Part shown: one piece after another, positions 48,351 to 60,980 of the stretch
Layout of the letters: each line of letters starts with the position of its first letter
Position numbering within the stretch: position 1 is the first letter of the stretch
Source: Podarcis pityusensis
Taxonomy: Eukaryota
NCBI GenBank assembly: GCA_964106645.2
Contig: OZ067048.1
Reading direction: 5' to 3' (one strand)
Length of the DNA: 64,000 bases
The notes under the pieces: model-generated
What the model saw: the letters and a program-made list of their open reading frames with translations, nothing else
What the model was told of the DNA's origin: nothing
Databases searched by the model: none
Position numbers and translations under genes: made by a program

Positions 48351-50318
48351 AGAGCTTTCAGTGGGGCTGGAGTGGCCTGTCCGTGTGGACAAGAGCCCTT
48401 CTTTGGAAGGGTACCTGCGAACAGCCACAACCTTGGCCTTAGGGCAGCAGCCCCATCTTGAATGAGGCGAACGCTCCCCAACCTGTTGTAACTTGCTCTC
48501 TTGGTTTATTGACTTTTCCATTTCCAAAAGCTCCTTCGAACCATGCGCTGGTTTGCTCAAATGTCCCCGCTGTGTTGGTTTTGTTTTCAGCCCAAAGACT
48601 CAATGCTAGGATGGAAGATGGCGGCAAACTTTAGACATGCTGACTGTTGTTCAGTAGGCCGACAAACTTGACTTTAGTGGGGCTTGTTGTGGGGAGGGGA
48701 CACCTAGCGAACCACTTCAGTGTCTGGGACAAGAAGCATTGCCTTCTCTACCCATGAACTCTAAATAATTGACCATTATTTTTGTTTAATAAACTTGCAT
48801 ATCTCCTTTTTTAAAAGTCACTGCTATTTAGAGAAAATCCACAAACCACATCTCGCCTAAACAAAACGAGAACCAAGACTACTACTTGAGTTCTTAGTGC
48901 AAGGATTGTTAGCAGCTGGGGGGGGGGTGTTATAAAAAGTTAAAACCTTTGAAGCCATTCAGTGTAACTGCAAAATTAATTGTTTGTTTTACTCCCATAC
49001 TATTTACATGATGATTGCGGCAGTGAGTCTTGTGGCTCCCTTCAAGACTTAATAAACATGGTGTGAGGTTTCATAGACTAGTTTATTTCAGGAGATGAAT
49101 GAAGTGTTGCCCTGTGTTACATGTGTATATATATGCATATAGTTGAGGCGGGGGATTGTAAACTGAAGTCGGAAGATAATTGTGTTCTTACTTAGGAGGA
49201 CAACATTTCATGCACCTAATGAAGTGAAGTGTAGTCCATGAAATCTTATGGCATAAAACATTTGTTTGCCTGTAAGGTGTCATAAGATTCGCTCCTGTTT
49301 TTACCAACTGTGTTGTTTCTCACGTATAAGATTTCATTCCCTGCCAGAATTTAGCTGTAAAATGCAAGGGGTGCTCTCAAATCTCCAAACTACATGACAG
49401 TTTGGAGTGGCAAACATTATCTGGCACCATCAAATTGATGATGTCAGGGAAACTTGTTAGGCAGAATGCAAGAGTAACAGTTCACAGGTGTGAAAATGTC
49501 TTAAAGCCGTTTAAAATAGATAGAATGCTAAAATTATGGAAGAATCTCTGTAATCTTTTCCTACATTTTAAAAAAGCTTTATGAAGCAGTAGCACACACA
49601 TACAAAAAACAAAACAAAAACCAACAAAAAACCCAGAATCAATATTGGAACCTGGGAATTTCCCCCTATATAGAGGCCTTGTGTGTGGCTTTAGTCTGTA
49701 AAACTTTGTACTGCTTAAATTGAATTCATGCATGTTGCGCAAAATGCTCACAAGAGTTTATTACAAGAAATAAGAGATGCATGGGACAACATGTTACCTT
49801 CATAAAGGCATGATTCCAAATCCGGATTTGCCAGCATAACCAGAGGCAGATGTTGCAAATATGATGCCCTCTGGTTGGATTAAACTCCCATTAATCCTGA
49901 CCTTTGGCCATGCTGGCTGGGACTGATGGGAGTTGTAGTCCAACAACAGCTGGAGGGCACAGCTTACTTTCTCTGATCTAGGGACAGGAGCATTTGAAGT
50001 GTGGGAAGGACTAATGACCTTCCAGGTGTGGGAAGGACTAATGATCTTCCAGGTGTGGGAAGGACTAATGATACATCCCACCCACCAACCCCACCTCCCC
50101 TTAAGTGACTCCAAGGCTGTTTGTTTCTCACTAACTGGGCAAGGCTTTTGGTTTTAAAAACTTGCTGTGGCAGGAAGTGAGAGAGTGGAACTTGCTTAAA
50201 GGGGCTGGGGGCCATTTGCAGACGAGAGAGGTGGATGGATTAAAAGTAAACCCTTATCCCCACCTAACAAATGGTTTCCTGCCTTTGATTAGTGTTTTGA
50301 GAAAGTATAGTGAGTAAC

Positions 50319-50355
<37 letters not shown>

Positions 50356-51518
50356 TATTACATTTCTATAGGATCCTTCATCTAAGGATCACAGGGCAGT
50401 TTACAATATAAAAACAGATAGACAGATAGATAGACAGACAGATAGATAGATAGATAGATAGATAGAACAGACAGTACTCCTTTGCTTTGGTATAGTTCTT
50501 AGTTGCTTGTACATAAGAATGTTCCTCAAGCATTCGTCTCAGACATGTCAAGGTTTCATTTATGGAGCATGTTATTGCATTTTTAACCACTGGCACCTGC
50601 AGCAGGTCCTTTTCCTGAGACTGGAGATACTATAGTAAGACCATACAAATGTCCTCCAAAGTGTCCTAAAATCCTTTTCCTTAAATGATATAGATTAGGA
50701 AGAAATGGGCTACTGGGCCAATGCCACTTTGGTTCAATTCACATGGTCTCTTATCCTGGGATATTTTATCTTGCGTCTTATTAACCCCCTCCGTTGGATG
50801 GCTTCTTCTTCTTCTTCTTCTTCTTCTTCTTCTTCTTCTTCTTCTTCTTCTTCATTTTGTTGCATTTATATATAGCTTTTCTGACGAGGCACCCAAGGCA
50901 GTTTACAATTTTAAATGACTAAAACACAGGGTCCCAACTCCATGATTTTTTAAAATGATACAACATTTGTTTGGTAGAAGGAAGGAGCCGGGCTCTGATG
51001 TTGCCTGTGCCTTCCTGCTCCCTCATCTTTCTTCCTCCTAACAGTGCAGGTGGTGTCTTTCAGCCCTGTAGGCCTTGTGAATCATGATTGTGTTTTAAAG
51101 AATTCATATGTTATAGCAAGCGTCATTCAGGTAGCAGAGTATATTGGCATTTAAATTCTTTGCTTGCTTCTAAGCCACAGCACTTGAATAGGGAAAGGAG
51201 ACACATAATCTGCTCTGCCAAAGCTTACTCTTGTTCTGGCAGAACAGGAAATATAAGTATTTTTGTTTCAGAGGGTAATCACATATTATGTTTGGGTTTT
51301 TTTCTTACTCAGTTACATCTGTGTTGTATCCATTTCTGCTATTTCTCCCCGTTAAAAAAACACACCACATCTCAGTGCCCTTCCATCTGGGCTCTATTCA
51401 AACCTCTTCCATTGTTTAAAACCACCATGTTCCTTTCAGTGTCTTTTCATCTTTGCTTTACTCAAACTTCTCCCTTTTTTTTTTTAAACCACCACTTTCC
51501 CTATCTCAGTGGGGAAGT

Positions 51519-51562
<44 letters not shown>

Positions 51563-54500
51563 ACACCCCCACCCCCTTCTTATCCCCCACCAATGCCTTC
51601 CATTAACCTGCCCCCACAAGTCATTTACTGTACTACAGACATGAGTTTCCTCCTTTTTCTTCCTGCTTCTTCCTCCTTCCCCTGCCTATAGAATCATAGA
51701 AACAGACGGAAGACAAAGTAGTGTAAATGCAGTATAGACAGAAAAATCATTATCAGTGAGATGCAAATGTATTCTGGTCTCTAGTCAAGATTTATCTTCT
51801 TCTCAGTACTGCCTTGTTATGTTGACTGAATCTCAGGGGCCTGAGGAGAAACCTCTAGTTTCTGGCTGACTCATAAAACCATTTAAATACATGATTCCTT
51901 ATAACTTTTTTGTAAACGTGCATTGTGTTTGCTAGCACCCAATCAGTCACAGAAATGGATGAAATTATTTGTTAGTAAGCTATTACTTGACACCAGTAGT
52001 ATCACCATACGAAACTGAATTTGCCAGAGATAAAATTGAGAGAATGGAATGGCTAAAGTCGGTTAGCTTAAAACCATAAAGCAATATCCTTTGTATATTA
52101 CACCTGCAATGTAACCAAAAGATCCGAGAGATAATGGTTATGTATTGTGTTCTATAGGTGCTAAAAAGCGAGCAATTTCTGAGCTCTGGACTCAGCACTG
52201 TGCCTAAGATTTCAGATTAAAATCTCCACTCCTGACACTGAGGGTGTGGGAGGAGAAATTCCTGCCTGCTCGACTTCCAAGAAATCACAGCATCAGGCAA
52301 GCTGATAGGTTCTGCCTCTCAGCTGGCCTTACAGAAAGGCACCGTTTGGAGGGACCCTCATAAGAATATTAAGGGATCTTTGTAGTCTTAAAATGACTAG
52401 ACCATGTGAAAAATGAATGTAAGATTTTAGCTGCAATTCATTAATTTTCAGCTTTGTGTTCTTGTTATAAAAAAGTGTGCCTAGACATTCCATTGTTGCG
52501 CCCATAACCTAGGTTTAAGGTGCCATTTAGCTCCTAGCTTTCATTGCTCAGTTTCTAACACTGGTTATGTGGTTGTCGTATCAGATTTAGGGATGTGTTT
52601 ATACTTAGCCTTTCCCCCTTCCAGGCAAGCTGATTACGCTTTAATGAGTATATTGGAAGGATGTGATAAGAGCATGCAACTAAACTAATTTTAATTACTA
52701 ATTTTTTTAAAGATGCTTTGGAAGAAAGAATTAGAAATAAACTAGGATTGGTATAGGATTGAATGAGAATGAGCATAGCATTTTGGCCATTTTCCACTAC
52801 ATTAGTAGTTTTTATTTCTATTGACACTTTCTGATGGAATATTAAGGTCAGCCAGGTTAAGAATGCAGAAGGCCATAATCCAAATCTCATTTGTTAAGAC
52901 CCTTATCTGCTCTGCTGACATTCGTATGCTACTCTGTTTTGGCTTACCCGGCCGGATGTGTACTAGTATTAGCACCACACTATTGAAGAGAGGCTATAAT
53001 CATATGATAACTCTACGGTGGAATAAAATACCCCCCACAGATTCAAACAATTATTACATTACAGTCAAATACTGACAGAGAGATGGATTGCATACAGGAA
53101 AACAACAGGTAATTCTCCAAGGGTAAAGGGGACTCTAGTCTGCTGATTAAACCTTTTATAGAAACACATGAATAACAGGGTGAATTAATTTAAACAATTG
53201 ATTTAAGTTGCCAAGGGGGCGAAAGACCAATTTAAGTTTAATGTTGTAAATACACAGCTATATGATGGGAGTTGATCAGATGGGTCCCAACCATGGAAGT
53301 GGTAGTCTGCTGCATGTGTGTGTTGATTCTTTGGAAAGACCCATGTGATTGGCCCCCATCATGTTATTAAAAAATGGCTGCCAGACTGCTAGTGCAATCC
53401 TTAAAGGAACCACCAATGGAAGATATTGTGGAAAACAAGCAGTTTGTCCTTCAGCACCATTTTTGTGGGTGTGCCTCTTAAAAACTTTGTTTTGGGTTTC
53501 CTTTTTGACAAGCGTGCAGAAAAGTTGGAATGTGCAAGTTCCTTTTGGAGTCTTATGAAGTCCAGTTTATAAAGAGACCTGGATTCCAAATTGATTTCTA
53601 AGATTTCCTGAGTGCAGAGGAAAGATAAAGAGAGGGGGAGGATTTTTGACAAGTGCAGCCTTTGGAGAAGTTCTGATTGTACCCTCTGTGTCCCATTTGT
53701 TTCAATGAGATAGGGCTTTTGATTTTGCCTTCTTGCTAGGTTTTTAGGTTGAATTCCTAAGGATTGTGTTGCTCAACGTATCTCAACAATTTTGTTCTTT
53801 AGAATTTAGTCAAGTGTTTCTGAAATTCTTGCTGTTTACATTATATTTGGCTACTTATATTTGGGAATTGATAACCCATTTCTTCCCTCCATCACCAAGG
53901 AGGAACAAGTTCATTGAAATAATATGGCTTCTCCTGTCTTCCTTATATTCCTGTAATACCTCACAATTCCACCATTAACTATATGTTCATGGAGTTGTTT
54001 CCTAGCGAGAGCAATGAGCAGTGTAAATAATTTTAAGTGACCCTGAAAGGGATGGAAAGAGCTATGCTTTCATTTTAGAGGAAAAGAGTTGAGTAGGATT
54101 TGTAATCATTTGTTCCTTTCACTGGTTAAAATGTTGAAATAGTGAAAACTATTTTTAAAGCGCATTAGACTAAAGATGCGGAAAACATGGCCTATGCAGA
54201 TGTCAGCTGTGGGTAGTTCTCTAGGTAAACGAAAGTGGTACAACAATACAGGATGCAACTAACTTCTTTTTTTTAAAAAATAATATTTATTAGTAGTTTT
54301 CAGAATTATAAGAAGAAAAACATTTTAAAAAATTTAAAAAACAACACTATAATAGACAAAAAAAGAAAAAACACGAAAATCAATACAACAATACAACAAA
54401 AAGATAAAAAGAAAAAAGAAAACAACACAAATCCCAACTTACATATCTAAAACTTCCATTTGCTTGTTTCATTTACTTCCTCACACCTCCTTTTTTGTAT

Positions 54501-57500
54501 TCTAGTTTAATTAGTTATTTCAGCAAATTCTTTCCATCTTTCTCAATTTTTATTAAAAAATTCATCCTAGCCTAATTTAATCTAATAATTAACTCAACAA
54601 ATCCTTTCCATCTTTCCCCATATTCTATTGTTCACATTACCTTAATTAATTTAACCTTATCTTACCCTAAAACGCCTTAAAGCTTGAATCTTAGTTATCA
54701 AATATACATTACTCCTGATATCATTTCTGCTAAAGTCATATAGTTTCATTCCAACATTTTCCCTAATATTCATTAATTTTTAGCCAATTCCCCAATTAGA
54801 AAATTTTCTTTATAATTTTTCTTCCAATCTTCATCCAACGTCCCTTCTTCCTGGTCTTGGATCGTGTCAGTCCTTACTGTCCATTCCATCTAGTCCATCA
54901 ACCTGGAAGCCTTATGTCCGAGGCCCTTAAGTCTCTTCCATGTCCCTTCTGCAATTTTTCTTCTTCTTGTTTATACTTGCCCTTTTCCTTGTCTTTTCTT
55001 GGTCTCTTTCTTAGTTTCTTTCCTTTCTCATTGAGGGGTAGGCCTCTGGGGGCTTCCAAGCCGGAATTGTCTCCATCTCCCTTCATCAAACCCGCCCATT
55101 CCCCACAGTCCCACTCCCCACAATCCTCAATATAGTCAAAAAAGTATTTAAAAGCATATTCCAAGGTTTCTCCAACGTTGGGAACCTCCTCAACTCCAGA
55201 CTCCCCCTGGCCCACTCCAACTTCAATCTTCAATGACAGCAGCTCATACTCCTGTAGGGCCTCGGGACTCTCCATTTGTATTATTTGGGGTGCAACCGCA
55301 TCCTCCTCCATTATCTTCTGCACTTGCCCAGTCAGTACAGATTCATGAGTTGGTCCCTGGATAATTTCTATATCAATATTCCCTGTTTGCCCACAGTTAT
55401 TAACTGCAACAGTCAAATCCATTTTCTCATTCATCAAGTCCATCTTCTCATGCATCTGTTCCAGCAGGGCACTTGTCTTACATAAGGCAAGCACCCAGTC
55501 TTCTTTCCAACTCATCTTTAGTCAAGGTCAGAAAAGCCTGTTCCCACGGTCTTAATCTCACATCTGTTGAGCCCTCAAGTGTACTGCAGCAACAATTTGA
55601 CAAGCTCCCTCTAGAGGAGGCAACAGATATTTTTCAGATATTTTGTTTCTTTAGGATGCAAAAGGCAACATTGGAATCAGCTTGTTTCTCTTCTTTAGCT
55701 ATCTGTCAAAATATCCCATTCACAGTCAATGAACCTCTCCAACAATTTCTGTCTCTGACACCCCGTTCCCAGGTTAGAGACGGTGGAAACTTATCCTTCT
55801 TCACTCCCTCTCCTGCTAGGGTTGAACAAAGTTCCCCCCCTTTTCTCCTGCTTCCAAGGGGGTTTCAGTAATTCTAAATGAAGAAAATTTAGACTTTTTT
55901 GACAGCTTTCCAGGCTTTAGCTTACAAAGTTTTTGCTTTAGTCTATATACAAAAAGCGGAAGGCAGACTTCCTGTTTTGAACCTTCCCGCTTCGTTACCA
56001 AATTAAGAAATTTCTTGATCCAATTTTCCGTTTCTACTCACGGGTACTTATTTTAAATCCAATTGTCCACAGGAAAAAGTCAGCGCTCTCCGGCAATGGC
56101 TGTGCGGCTTCACTCCGTGAAAGTAGCAGTCAGTTTGCAGCACCGCGCTTCTCACCCCACTTCACTCCGGAGCCCCTAAATGGGATTCCCTGCGAGTAGG
56201 GGGGCACTCCTGGTGCCCTGCCGAACCCCACGTTCCCAGGCTTCCTCCGCCTGGGATTTCTAGCGGGTCCCCACCTTCGCCGTGGCGGGAAGATCCAGTT
56301 TCCACGGAGCCCGTTCCTCCGGACGGAGGAACTCCGCCATTCACCGATGGCGCTGACCTGGAAGTCGGGCCAGGATGCAACTAACTTCTTACATCTACTC
56401 TCAGTTTTCAGGAACCATGAAAATGTGGGTGAGTCAGTTGCAAGTAATTAAATATACAGCTTTAACCACACAGCTTACAGAGTAGCCGTGAACTTGTTAA
56501 CTTTAAATATGAAAGACGTGGTCTTTCAATTCACATATGACATGTGTAACTTTTACTTTATGGCACATCAGAGTTGGAGTTTTGATGTTGCAGACAGTCT
56601 CTATTGATCCCCCCCCTCCCAGTTCATGTTCATAAGTTAATATATGAAAAGTTTCTCTTAAACTGGTGCAAGGTAACCATCTGCCGGGTATTTCAGCAGA
56701 ACAAGTTGTTCAGCATACCTTTCTCTGCAAAGGACTTGAACCAAAATTGCCTGAAGGGTTTTGTTGCAAATCTTTATAAATAAGCCCAGGTGAGAAACTC
56801 TTAAAACAGATGTAAAGTTTCAGAAGCTGCTGTTACTGCAGAAATATGTGGGCATTTCACAGTTCTCCAGTTTTTATCATTTACAGAATCTTACAGCAAC
56901 AAAGGATCTAGAAAAACCTGATCAGATTCCCTGTTCGCATGCAACACAGGTCAATATTAACTAAAGTATAGGAATTTGGACACCAATTAATGTATAGCCC
57001 TTTTGCTTCAGCTAGATGCATGTTCTACCCCATTTCTCCCCTCCTTTAATGCACATAGATGAGAGATGGTATGGTGAGCATTTGCTACTCAGTGTCCTAC
57101 CGCTTTTAATATTGATTTAAATGCCTACTATCTTTTAAATGGAGGGACGCGGGTGGCGCTGTGGGTTAAACCACAGAGCCTAGGACTTGCCAATCAGAAG
57201 GTCGGCGGTTCAAATCTCCGCAACAGGGTGAGTTCCCGTTGCTGGGTCCCTGCTCCTGCCAACCTAGCAGTTCGGAAGCATGTCAAAGTGCAAGTAGATA
57301 AATAGGTATCGCTCCGGCGGGAAGGTAAACGGCGTTTCCGTGTGCTGCTCTGGTTCACCAGAAGTGGCTTGGTCATGCTGGCCACATGACCTGGAAGCTG
57401 TACGCCGGCTCCCTCAGCCAATAAAGCGAGATGTGCACCACAACCCCAGAGTCGGTCACGACTGGACCTAACGGTCAGGGGTCCCTTTACTGTCTTTTAA

Positions 57501-60500
57501 ATGGGTCTTAATATTCTACCAGTCATTGCCAATGGGTTGGGGGAAAGAAGTGCTATGAAAACATCTGTGATACAGCTACCATAATAGCAGCAATTGTACT
57601 GTGCCTTCACCAAACTAGTGTCCTCCATATGTTTTGGACTACAATTTAAATATTTTTTCTTGGTTTTACTGTTTTATCATTTGTACATCACTTTGAGGTT
57701 TGTTTTCTTTTGGTTTGTTTTACATTCAAGCGGTGTATAAATTTTTGTTAAATAAATAAAGCAATTCCGATCAGCTTCAGGCAGCTAGCTTGGGAAGTAC
57801 AATTTTCTGCAGCAAAACAATTTGCATAATAATGAAAATAGCGCTGGTTATACTTGGCAAGTTATTGGCATAATGTTGCTTGCTAATGCTTTCTTCCTTT
57901 TTTAATGATTTTGCTTTGAAGGGTAGGGTGGGGGAGAATTTTATTATTGGACTCAAATGGTCTTTATTGAAGCTTTGCTTTTAAAAAAAGTCAGGTGAGG
58001 TTTTATATGACATAGTTGTTATAAGGTTGTGTGCCGCCTCAATTGCCTTTGAGCATAGAAAGGCAAGAAAGATGAATAAATGTAAATGTGAACCATAGTT
58101 TGGGAAAGTCTTTAACCAAATGCATGATGATGATGATGATCTCAATGATTTAGTTGTGGTGCGTGTTTTGTTCTGGAAAAAGTCACAGATAGACGCCAGT
58201 GTTATGCTGACTTTGTCGGTCTGACTTGGTAAAAATCCTTATGCATGAACTAACGGAGGAACTTCAATCCTCCTTGGAGGTTTTCGATAAAAGATTGAGC
58301 AGGAATCTTGTCACAGATGCTCAGAGCACAGGCTATTCTGTATTGCATGATTTCCATTTCATAGCTTGCTCTGAACTGCTGCTTGTCCAGATTTAAAACA
58401 GTTAGTATTACATTAATACTCTTTGCAAAAGTCTAAATCTATTGCATTTTAATTAAGGCATTTCTAATACAGTGTTTGGTGGTGAAAGTGTAGCATAAAA
58501 CTGTTATATGTGGTACAGGTTTCATGTAAGAACACATTGTGGTGTTGGTAGTTTCATTCAGGTGCCCTTTGTGTAAGAGCCCCTTGCCAAGTAGATAGCC
58601 CCAATTTCCATACTGTCATGGCACATTGTTGGCTACAGCCTGCAAAGAAATGGACTCATCCACTTGTTAAGCAACTTTTGCTAATTAAATCTTCTGCATT
58701 GTTGTCCCTGCATGAACACATGTCCACTGTGTTCCTTCATGGGTACCATAATGAGAGACACAACCATCCACATACATGCAAACTATGCTTGAAAAGCCCC
58801 AAAGCCCCAACCACCCAACAATTCAAACAGCTGATAAGCTTCATTTGTGTTTCAGATCGAATTCCCTTACCTAGGAATATGATTGAAAACAGCATGTTTG
58901 AAGAAGAACCTGATGTGGTTGATCTGGCTAAAGAGCCTTGCTTGCATCCCTTGGAGCCTGACGAAGTGGAGTATGAGCCAAGGAGTTCTCGGCTCCTTGT
59001 CCGTGGTCTTGGAGATCACGAAATGGATGAGGATGAAGAGGACTATGAATCATCAGCCAAACTTCTGGGAATGTCTTTTATGAATAGAAGCACAGGCCTG
59101 CGTGGTAACACAGTGGGCTACAGGCAGAGTTCAGATGGATCATGTTCTGCACCATCTGTAAGGACCACAGTGATTTGTGCTGTTGTTCTTGTGATTGCTG
59201 TCTCCGTAATAATGGCAATCTACCTTCTTCCCAAATGTACCTTTACCAAAGAAGGCTGTCATAAGCAAAACCACACAATGGACGATATATATCCTTTGGC
59301 AACAAACGGAAAGCCCTTTCCATGGGCAAATTTCAGGCTACCAGGTGCTGTTGTGCCAGTACATTATGATATTGTCTTGCAGCCAAACTTAACCACTATG
59401 AAGTTTTGGGGTTCAGTCCAGATAACTGTGAAAGTCCTCCAGGTGACCTGGCATATCATTCTTCACAGCTCAAAACTTAATATTACCAAGGTAACTCTTT
59501 CTTCATCAGGCTCAAGCCAGCCAAAGCAAGCCGAGCTTCGGGAATATCCACTGAATGACCAGATTGCAATTTTTGCCCCCGAGGCTCTCCTTGTAGGACA
59601 ACAATATAACATCAACATGGAGTATTCCTCTAATTTATCAGAAAGTTACTCTGGCTTTTACCGAATCGCTTATAACAATGACAACAGAAATTCAACAAAA
59701 AGGTAAAATTGGGAAATAATGTATTTCTACCTTATTTGTAATACATTATGGGAGTTGAAGTACAGCAGTATCTGGAAGCTTACAGGATTCTCACTCATAA
59801 TTTAAGGAACCTGCCACCTCCTCCTTTAATTTTTTCAAGTGATCTACATGCAGTGTAGTGCCCAAGATGAAATTATAAACCTGGTTCAAATCTCTTTGTT
59901 GCCATAAACCTAGTAGATAGATTTGGGCAAGATACATTCAATTTTAGACCATGTGCAACATGGAGATGATAACATTGCTTTCCTTAACTGGATTGCTCTA
60001 AGAATTACTGAGAGTGTATGCAAAGTGTTTTGAATATTCAAGGCACTCCATAAAATGTTAAGTATGTGTTGAAAAGTTCAAGCATTCTGAACAAGGAAAA
60101 CTTATTTTGTAATCTTTTGATGTTGCAGTTGTTGACTGTGCCTTTGGGTCTGGGAATTAAACCTGCTAAAGTGTTCTTCAGGAGTGAAAAGGAAAGTGTT
60201 CATCCTCTCCACTAGTTTTTGTTCCTTTAGGTAGAATGCAGGCATATATATAGACTGTAAACTAAGTTTGGTTTTTGTTATCAAGCCTTGATCAAAACCA
60301 AATTCTAGAATTCAATCTAGAATTTTTGTTTCAAAGCCAGATCTTTGTGTAGCTTAATCCGTTAGGATACAGCAGATCTTTTGCAAGGTACATTAAGCTA
60401 GGGCTAGTATAAGGAACTTAAAAGGTACAGTGGTAGACAACTCCTTAGAGCTTGTTTACAGGTGGCCTGAGAAACTATTTTTAAGATTCATATGCAATTA

Positions 60501-60934
60501 TGAAGTAATAAATATAATAGATAATAGCAAATGGATTTTCTTTTGATTTTCATCAGGTGGCTTGCAGCAACCCAGTTTGAACCCTTGTCAGCAAGGTCAG
60601 CTTTTCCGTGCTTTGATGAACCAGCATTCAAAGCCACTTTCCAAGTCTCTGTCAAGAGAGATAATCAGCATTCTGCTTTGTCAAATATGCCAAAGGTAAA
60701 ATCCTGCCATATTCTTGTTCGTGGGAGATGGGTACCTATGCTGCTATGCTCCACTGGATATATAGCATGGGCACCTCTGGCTGAAGGTGGCCCTCAATGC
60801 CTCTCTTCCCACCCTTGGAATTATCCTGAGGTCATTCCCTACACTGACTCTGCTCCTTAAGCGCTTTAAACCTGGCTGGAATGTGACCTTGAACTGTGGT
60901 GATGCCTCTTACTCACCTGTATGGAGAGGGAGGG

Positions 60935-60980
<46 letters not shown>

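Noticed and set aside
47112-48560. Long ORFs of 251, 257 and 259 aa on both strands
   Set aside because: They are stop-poor frames of the GC-rich LNPEP CpG island, low complexity, and one runs through a (CA)n repeat. Only 47848-47869 is supported as coding.
51088-51606. 172-aa ORF in LNPEP intron 1
   Set aside because: Non-ATG start, runs through a (TC)n microsatellite, no domain or splice support.
57144-57230. tRNA-like A/B boxes
   Set aside because: Heads of Sauria SINEs, not tRNA genes.
58618-58855. 79-aa N-terminal extension of the 362-aa LNPEP ORF
   Set aside because: Intronic: a clear acceptor at 58855 joins in phase to exon 1 (MEPFPSN-D).
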